Below, one piece after another: positions 57,541 through 64,000 of a stretch of DNA of 64,000 bases. The stretch lies in the NCBI GenBank assembly GCA_000091205.1, contig AP006492.2; one strand, written 5' to 3'. Position numbers and translations under genes: made by a program. How positions within the stretch are numbered: the stretch's first letter is position 1; each line of letters opens with the position of its first letter. Origin of the DNA: Cyanidioschyzon merolae (lineage: Eukaryota). A model generated the notes under the pieces. That model worked only from the letters and a program-made list of their open reading frames with translations. It searched no databases and was not told where the DNA came from.

Positions 57541-59749
57541 TTGGTGAAGACGTTCGAGTGCTTCATACTTGTGTGCAGAGACCAGTGGTAGCCCACTGAG
57601 GAGGCCAATCAGCACAGGACAACATTGTCTGCGGAGTTGTACTGGGTCTCGATGTGCCGTATGGGAAATACATCGAATAGATCCCCGAGGAAGTTGGGCG
57701 CTCGAATCCAGGAACCAAGTCTGCTTTGCTTAGGAGCGCTCAGTGCAGGGAATCTCAGAAGCGCAGTATTCGAAAAAGGCATGTATCCCGTTTCAAACAT
57801 GCTTCGGATACGAGTTCCGTGTACTTGATTCCGAGAGCAACGCCATGAGCTTGGACGATCGGAAGCGAACTCGCTTCCACTGCGACATCTGTTCCGTACT
57901 CGCGAGCTCCTCGATCGTCTCCGCAGTCACCAGCTCGTCGTTGACCGTCATCGATACTCCGCGAATGCCGTTTATCAGTCCCAACTTAACTGGGACAGTA
58001 CGTTGAGCGCGCAACGCCTCCAGTGTACGCTGCACGAACCAATCGACGGTGACCAGCATATGGTTTATGAGGCTGGTATGATGCTTTTGGGCACCTGCTC
58101 TGTAGACACTCCGGTTACCGACGTGTCGCGCCAATGCCTCCAGGTATTCTGGGAAGTGTGTATGTGTGCGACGCTCTAATCCGACGATCATGCGGTATGT
58201 CGTCTTCTGTCTGGAGCATCAGCTGTGTTGTCGCATGCTGGTTTGGTCTAGGTATGCGAGAGGAAGGTCGGTAGCCAGCTGTTCCGACACCGGAACTCCT
58301 ACAAGCAACTGCTTGATGCGGTGCGTCCTCGCGAGCGGAGCCAGGCACGACATTCTCGAGTATAGAGCGACGTGATCCCCACTGGCGTCTTGCATTGCAC
58401 TTTTTGAGAAATTATTCCTGGTGAGGAGTTTTGTTAGGCAGGCCTCGACAGTGATTTCAGAGTACTGTTTCCGCGTAAACCGTTCCTCCTGTCGATCTTT
58501 GCTTGGTGTCGTTTCGCGAGGATTTTTCTCTTCTTTGTTCAGGAGTTTCCTCGCCTTCTCATGACTTGGCGGGCTAGCATGGATACTAACGCACTACTCC
58601 GTATCCTTTATTCCGCAGTATTCAGATCCAATACGTAGACGTGGACACTGAAACTCGCCTGTTCTTCGTTTGTTTCTCCCATTCCTCAACTACCTCTTCG
58701 TCACCTGGTCCGGGTCGACCACGTCCGTGGACCGAAGCGCGCCGTTCCGCTTTCTCCCGCGTACGAGCAGCGAACCAGCACTGCAATGCACGGCAGGTGA
58801 ATGTGTAGAACCAGTCGACGCAGAGGGGTTCGTCGAAAAACCGTATCACAGATACGAATGACTCATCCATAGAAGCATGAGCTTGAATATGGCATTCGAA
58901 AAGGAGAACACGCCTCGGACTCGATTGAACTAGGGAGAAGATGCTAGCACGAAGAAGTGCTCAACACGAATCGCTGATGCGAACCGCTTCAGCGCATTTG
59001 AGTGATCGGAGTCCATGGTATCTACGAACAAGACACAAGAATCTGGCGAGCACAAGTCACAAAGCGCGTCAACGAAGAATGCGGTGTTGAACAATTCAGC
59101 CCTTGCAACAATTCGTAGGCGAACACACCATAAAATCGTTGTTTGGGCTGGTGTTGTCGTCACGCTCGCTTGCCTCTGCTTGACGAACAGCGGTCTTTCC
59201 CGTGTTAGGTACCGGTATTCAAGGCTAGCATTTCCCTAGGCAAGTCTCACCGAAAATGAAGAGCTCCCATACCTCCTGTTGAGAGCATTCGCATTTCAGT
59301 GCGAAATCCATTCTGTGACGTTCAGCAAGTGACGATCTCCCGTAGACGCGCACTTTTGTCTTTGTCCATTTGCGACTCTTCATCACCGTTCGAATCAGTG
59401 GTGCAGAGCTTTCACATCCTGTGTATTCTCTAATCGTTTTTCTTAGACAGCAAATGGATTGGAATGCACTGACGAAGAGACAATCGTGTAGATCGTATTC
59501 GACAAGCTGCGTTTCGGGTGCGCTCTGTCTACACTAAGCACTACGACAAGGGCAGTTCATTCACTGGCTGACCGTAGAAAGCGTGGCTTGAACAACGAAG
59601 GTCGTTGTTCTCGCAAGCTAATCATGGCGGCATCAACTCCTTCCGCGAACTTTCTCCAATCCACAGAACACTAGACTTTAATTGAATACCGGGGAGAAAA
59701 CCAGACAAGAACAAAACCAGCATGCTGGTTCACGTCTTCCAGCGTGCAC
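57541..59749 (-). repeat. Right copy of the approximately 2.2 kb inverted repeat (IR-R)
   Basis: Reverse complement of 10843-13052. All small track ORFs in IR-L reappear here on the opposite strand with 0-4 aa differences (for example 11430-11663 versus 58930-59163, and 12402-12800 versus 57793-58191). The outer end lies 102 bp downstream of the NDUFV1 stop. Confidence 0.85.
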
Positions 59750-59850
59750 TCCTCTGAGCATAACATGCGAACCTCCATACTCGCCATGCGCCGTGATACC
59801 ACGTCAGCCTTGCATCTGCGAATCGCTGGCGGCGGAAATAGTTTCCGCGG

Positions 59851-61338
59851 TTAAGCGGTGGCCACGCTGGCACCAGCACCGTTCTGTTGTGCCTCCTGTC
59901 GAATTCGTTCTGCCTCTCGAATGCGACGCTCAAGCTCCGGTCGGAAATGCCGAATAAGCCCCTGCACGGGCCAGGCTGCAGCATCACCCAGCGCACAGAT
60001 CGTATGACCCTCGATGTTCTTCGTGACCTCATACAACATATCGATTTCCTCGATTCGGGCATCGCCTTTCTCCATGCGACACAGCATTCGATGGAGCCAA
60101 CCGGTGCCCTCACGACACGGGGTGCACTGGCCGCATGACTCGTGCTGGTAGAAATAGGAGATGCGTCGAATCGCCGCAACGATATCTGTTGAACGATCCA
60201 TCACGATGACTGCAGCAGTGCCCAGGCCACTGCCAACCTCTTTCAGAGCGTCAAAGTCCATCATCACATCATCACAGATGTCCTTGGGCAGCAATGGAAC
60301 CGAACTACCACCGGGAATGACAGCGAGCAGGTTCTCCCAGCCGCCGCGTACGCCACCAGCATGGCGCTCGATAAGCGTCCGCAGGGGAATGCTCATCTCC
60401 TCTTCGACCACGCAGGGGTTATTCACATGCCCGCTTATGATGAAGAGTTTGGTGCCGCAGTTATTCTTACGACCGAGCGAGGCAAACCAGGAGCTGCCCC
60501 GACGTAGAATGGTAGGCACCACTGCCACGGTCTCCGTGTTGGTGACGGTGGTAGGACACCCGTACAAACCAATATTCGCGGGAAAGGGCGGTTTCAAGCG
60601 CGGCTTGCCTTGTTTTCCTTCCAGCGATTCCAGGAGTGCAGTTTCCTCACCACAAATATACGCCCCAGCTCCATGATGCACGTACACATCAAAGTCGTAG
60701 CCACTGCCACATGCGTTTCGACCAATGAGACCCTTTTGGTAGGCTTCTTGGACTGCGCGCTCTAACTGTTTACGCTCGTAGACGTACTCGCCGCGAATGT
60801 AGGCGTAGGCTGCGCGAGCACCCATGGAAACACCGACCAAAAGCATGCCCTCCACGAGTTTATGCGGATCATGGCGCATGATTTCGCGGTCTTTCGCAGT
60901 TCCAGGCTCCGACTCGTCACAGTTTACGACGAGATAGTTAGGTCGGCCGTCCGGATTCTGACGAGGCATGAACGAGTACTTGAGCCCGGTGGGGAATCCG
61001 GCACCTCCCCGCCCTCGTAGACCGCTGGCTTTGATCTCGTTGATGATCCAATCGCGACCTTTCAAAACCAGGTCTTTGGTACGGTACCAGTCGCCTCGCT
61101 TGAGTGCGCCATCTAGGAAAGCATCTCGTTCACCATACAAGTTTGTGAAGATTCGATCCTGGTCCTTCAACAAGCCATAGCTACGCTCGGCGTTCGACGC
61201 CCGCCACGTTTCCGGTTTCGGGGCTGGAGCTCCAGTTGCAACGCTGCTGGAAGAACGCAGCGTTGTGAACACGCCAACCAGCCAGCGTGTTCTCTTATGC
61301 ACCACACGCTGTAAGCTTCCACGAACAGCACCTTGCAT
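59851..61338 (-). CDS. NDUFV1: NADH dehydrogenase [ubiquinone] flavoprotein 1, 51-kDa subunit of mitochondrial complex I (nuclear-encoded)
   Basis: Co-linear with NuoF/NDUFV1: [19 protein letters not shown] (NADH site), [48 protein letters not shown] (FMN site), [16 protein letters not shown] (4Fe-4S cysteines), [19 protein letters not shown]. The track ORF begins at GTG 61461; the first ATG is at 61338 and gives an arginine-rich presequence. Confidence 0.9.
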   Translation of the reverse strand: MQGAVRGSLQRVVHKRTRWLVGVFTTLRSSSSVATGAPAPKPETWRASNAERSYGLLKDQDRIFTNLYGERDAFLDGALKRGDWYRTKDLVLKGRDWIINEIKASGLRGRGGAGFPTGLKYSFMPRQNPDGRPNYLVVNCDESEPGTAKDREIMRHDPHKLVEGMLLVGVSMGARAAYAYIRGEYVYERKQLERAVQEAYQKGLIGRNACGSGYDFDVYVHHGAGAYICGEETALLESLEGKQGKPRLKPPFPANIGLYGCPTTVTNTETVAVVPTILRRGSSWFASLGRKNNCGTKLFIISGHVNNPCVVEEEMSIPLRTLIERHAGGVRGGWENLLAVIPGGSSVPLLPKDICDDVMMDFDALKEVGSGLGTAAVIVMDRSTDIVAAIRRISYFYQHESCGQCTPCREGTGWLHRMLCRMEKGDARIEEIDMLYEVTKNIEGHTICALGDAAAWPVQGLIRHFRPELERRIREAERIRQEAQQNGAGASVATA

Positions 61339-62759
61339 GGGAAGCACTACACGGGAAACTGCTGGGAGCACAGTTTGGTACTGAAGAAAAACACCTCGAC
61401 GCTGGAGCAGTGGCGGAGAGCGGAGTGGTGTTGTCGGCGCCGTTGCACCGAGCGCGTTCACCCGATAACAAATCGCTTGCGGGTGCTTTACAGGGCTGTT
61501 GTCTGCTGGGGTGCGTATGACGCTGGCGTGGGTGCGGATCGTACGGAATTGAGTGCCTGAGGAAGTAGCAACTCGATGATGGATTCTTTCGACTTTCCCA
61601 TTAATCTTTGGAAGGAGGCGACGCTTTGCGTATCATCGAAAGTTTGGCTTCTTAGCAGAAATTCTCGTTAAGCGGATGAGTCTGCCGGTTTCGTGCCTCA
61701 TGCTCCCTGCTCCAGTGGCGGTTGCTATGACGAGACACGAGCAGTTTTTCTACAAAGCAGTCTTACTCTGGGACTAGGAGCGGTCAAGTTGCATCCAGAA
61801 GTCGTCCTGGTCGCGGTGGTCTGCTGGTGTATCGCTTCGCGTAGTCGCAGGCAGGGGGTGTATCTGCGCAGTCTCCGGGCTTCCAGCTTGATAACGAATC
61901 CCGAGCTTGTGCCGGGTGAACCACGTGTCGAGCCGACGCCTTTCGGGGTATGATAATGCCTTGCTGTCTATATGCTATGTCCGCATCGGCGTTATAGGTG
62001 CTTTTACGGGGCTTATGGCTGGTTCGGTGCACGGTGGATCATAGGCAATGATTCGTACATGTGAAAGGAGGTATCGGGAGCAGAGCCTGACCCTAGCATC
62101 AAGCATGATGGACGTTTTTGCGATGACGGATATCCACCGCGCAATCCTGGATCCCTGCTTCATGTAATCCTCCAGTCGAACAAGAACGAGGATCGCATGT
62201 TTGCATTTTTTGACGTCAGAAGGATCAATGATCCTAGACCGCAAAGAAATTGGGCGAAAGCATTCGTCTCTAGGATCAGGTGCACACACGTCTCAGATGA
62301 GAGACAAACTAGAGGTTTTCTGGGGGATTTTCGCGCGCGCTGGTCAGGCGTGCGCATCATGGGATGATAGGGTGTAAGAAAAACCATGTTTGATCCATTT
62401 TTTCTCATTTGAATGCCGGGAGCCTGCATCATGGATCAGGCGCATACAAGCACTCGAGACAGGGAGCGCATACGGCAACGCGTCTCTCTCGGTTACATCG
62501 ATTTGTCCGGTATCCGCAGCGGTGCACTGCAGCACACCAATGGGGGTGTCGAATGCGCATATCCCGCCATTCGCCCTGATTCCCGTCATGAAAGTGCACA
62601 GCTCGTACTCAATCGCTCCAGGTGCTTTGCAGCTGCTTCTTCATAGGAGCGGTGCGTGGTTCGTGGAACGCGCGCAACCTGCGCGTTCCGACGCTCACTG
62701 CACGTTCAAAACCTGGTGAACGCTGCGCAGAGAGGCTCGCGAATGCCGGTCGTGTTCAT

Positions 62760-64000
62760 TTACAGATACAAACTGTCCGGAGCTCCTTGTTGTTTCTTGT
62801 AGAGGACGCTCTCTTTTGCCTTGCGGAAATCCTCCTGTGTCACTTTCATTCTTCGTTCACGCAACGCCATCATGCCTGCCTCGGTACAGATGGCTTTGAT
62901 GTCGGCTCCGCTGAGTGGATCCTTGGTCATCACGAATTCCTCTGTATTCACGTCGGGTGCTAGGCTCATCCGGCCAGTATGAATCGCAAAAATTCGCCTT
63001 CGAGTCTTCTCGTCAGGGAGCGGGAACTCGATCTTGCGATCGACACGGCCAGGGCGCAGCAGCGCCGGATCCAAGGTCTCAATTTTGTTGGTTGCCAGGA
63101 TCACCTTCACGTCGTGCCGTGCCTCGAAACCGTCCAACTGGTTCAAAAGCTCGAGCATTGTCCGCTGTATCTCGCGTTCGCCGCTCGACGTGGCATCGTA
63201 TCGCTTGGTGCCGATCGCATCGATCTCGTCGATGAAGACGATGGAGGGTGCGTTCTCATCCGCGAGGCGAAAGAGCTCCCGGACTAGTTTGGGCCCGTCG
63301 CCAAGGTGCTTCTGAATGAGCTCGCTGCCGGTGAGGCGGAGGAAGGTCGCTGAGGTAGAATTCGCCACAGCCTTGGCGAGTAGGGTTTTCCCGGTGCCCG
63401 GTTCTCCGTAGAGGATGACGCCTTTGGGTGGCTGGATGCCGATATCCTCGTAGAGTTCGGGATGCGTCAGCGGCAGTTCCACTGCCTCTTTGATCTCCTG
63501 AATCTGTTGGTCCAGGCCCCCTACATCCGCATACGTCTCGGGTGGGGCCTTTTCGACCTTCATCACCGAGACCGATGGATCGGTGTCATCGGCGAGCACG
63601 CCGACCACGGACAAGACTTTGTTGTGCAGTAGGACCGAACAGCCAGGTTCGAGTTGTTCACGGTCTACGAAAGAGCACATGTTCACGTAGTATTCCGGTC
63701 CCATTGCTGACGACACAATCGCGTGGTTATCATCGATGATCTCCTCGAGCGTGCCAACGCCCAACGGCGAGCCGCGCAGGGTCTCGACCTTTGCGCGGTC
63801 CTCCTCAACTCGCTCCACTTGTGGCTTGCTTAGAAGTGCATTGCTGATATACTCCTCCTCGAGAAGAAGGCAGTCCTTTAGACGTTCGAGTCGCAGGACG
63901 CGAAGTTTGCACTTCACCGCGGGTGTGACGGCGGGCAAGCGCTGCAGGGCGGCAGGACCGCGGCGCTTACGCCTCCTGCCGAAGCGCGTCGACCCGGGCG
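62760..64000 (-). CDS. PSMC1: 26S proteasome regulatory subunit 4 (Rpt2/PSMC1), AAA-ATPase; 5' end runs off the window
   Basis: Walker [25 protein letters not shown], Walker [13 protein letters not shown], and the C-terminus [18 protein letters not shown] (Rpt2-type ...EGLYL tail). The N-terminal [22 protein letters not shown] matches Rpt2. The in-frame translation continues to base 64000 without a start, so the CDS is partial. Confidence 0.9.
   Translation of the reverse strand, partial: PGSTRFGRRRKRRGPAALQRLPAVTPAVKCKLRVLRLERLKDCLLLEEEYISNALLSKPQVERVEEDRAKVETLRGSPLGVGTLEEIIDDNHAIVSSAMGPEYYVNMCSFVDREQLEPGCSVLLHNKVLSVVGVLADDTDPSVSVMKVEKAPPETYADVGGLDQQIQEIKEAVELPLTHPELYEDIGIQPPKGVILYGEPGTGKTLLAKAVANSTSATFLRLTGSELIQKHLGDGPKLVRELFRLADENAPSIVFIDEIDAIGTKRYDATSSGEREIQRTMLELLNQLDGFEARHDVKVILATNKIETLDPALLRPGRVDRKIEFPLPDEKTRRRIFAIHTGRMSLAPDVNTEEFVMTKDPLSGADIKAICTEAGMMALRERRMKVTQEDFRKAKESVLYKKQQGAPDSLYL

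Noticed and set aside
1-64000. Bacterial-style operons or a defence island, which the task framing invites one to look for
   Set aside because: No co-directional gene runs. Neighbouring genes alternate strands with intergenic spacers of several hundred bp. The products are eukaryote-specific (CCR4-NOT, URM1, diphthamide, 26S proteasome, ArfGAP, OTU). Bacterial-family genes here (HslV, GlpK, CorC, TauE) sit individually among them with eukaryotic-style leader peptides.
1-64000. Telomeric or rDNA sequence, or large tandem satellite arrays
   Set aside because: Only isolated single occurrences of CCCTAA/TTAGGG-like hexamers were seen, with no arrays. Nothing resembling conserved rRNA cores was noticed.

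Overview
This window looks like nuclear DNA from a GC-rich (about 55%), gene-dense, almost intron-free unicellular eukaryote rather than a prokaryote. Genes alternate strands with no operon structure. The products are eukaryote-specific: CNOT9/RCD1, URM1, diphthine synthase DPH5, proteasome ATPase Rpt2, ArfGAP, an OTU deubiquitinase, an NYN/Zc3h12a RNase, CCDC25, and the nuclear-encoded mitochondrial proteins NDUFV1 and SDHAF2. There is also a bacterial-type HslV with an N-terminal extension, glycerol kinase, a DUF21-CBS-CorC transporter, a TauE/SafE permease and a signal-peptide pentapeptide-repeat protein. About 21 genes are recognisable as contiguous single-exon ORFs, roughly one per 3 kb. 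Several lower-GC intergenic blocks hold only unrecognisable ORFs. The track starts many ORFs at TTG, GTG or CTG, so I re-anchored starts to the first in-frame ATG where sequence homology indicated it. The most notable structure is a pair of about 2.2 kb, roughly 99.5% identical inverted repeats at 10843-13052 and 57541-59749. They bracket a 44.5 kb segment full of housekeeping genes, and each copy carries a perfect 16-bp palindrome near its outer end. I also noted a second, diverged repeat family of about 500 bp (near 48.2 kb and 54.6 kb), a minisatellite immediately upstream of the TauE gene, and several CAG/CTG microsatellites, one of them coding for polyQ inside the SET gene. A TGATG stop/start junction separates an 862-aa low-complexity ORF from the OTU gene. 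I found no rRNA, tRNA or CRISPR. Organism identity (stramenopile or cyanidiophyte-like alga are guesses), all homology calls, and repeat boundaries come from reading the sequence by eye and need computational confirmation.
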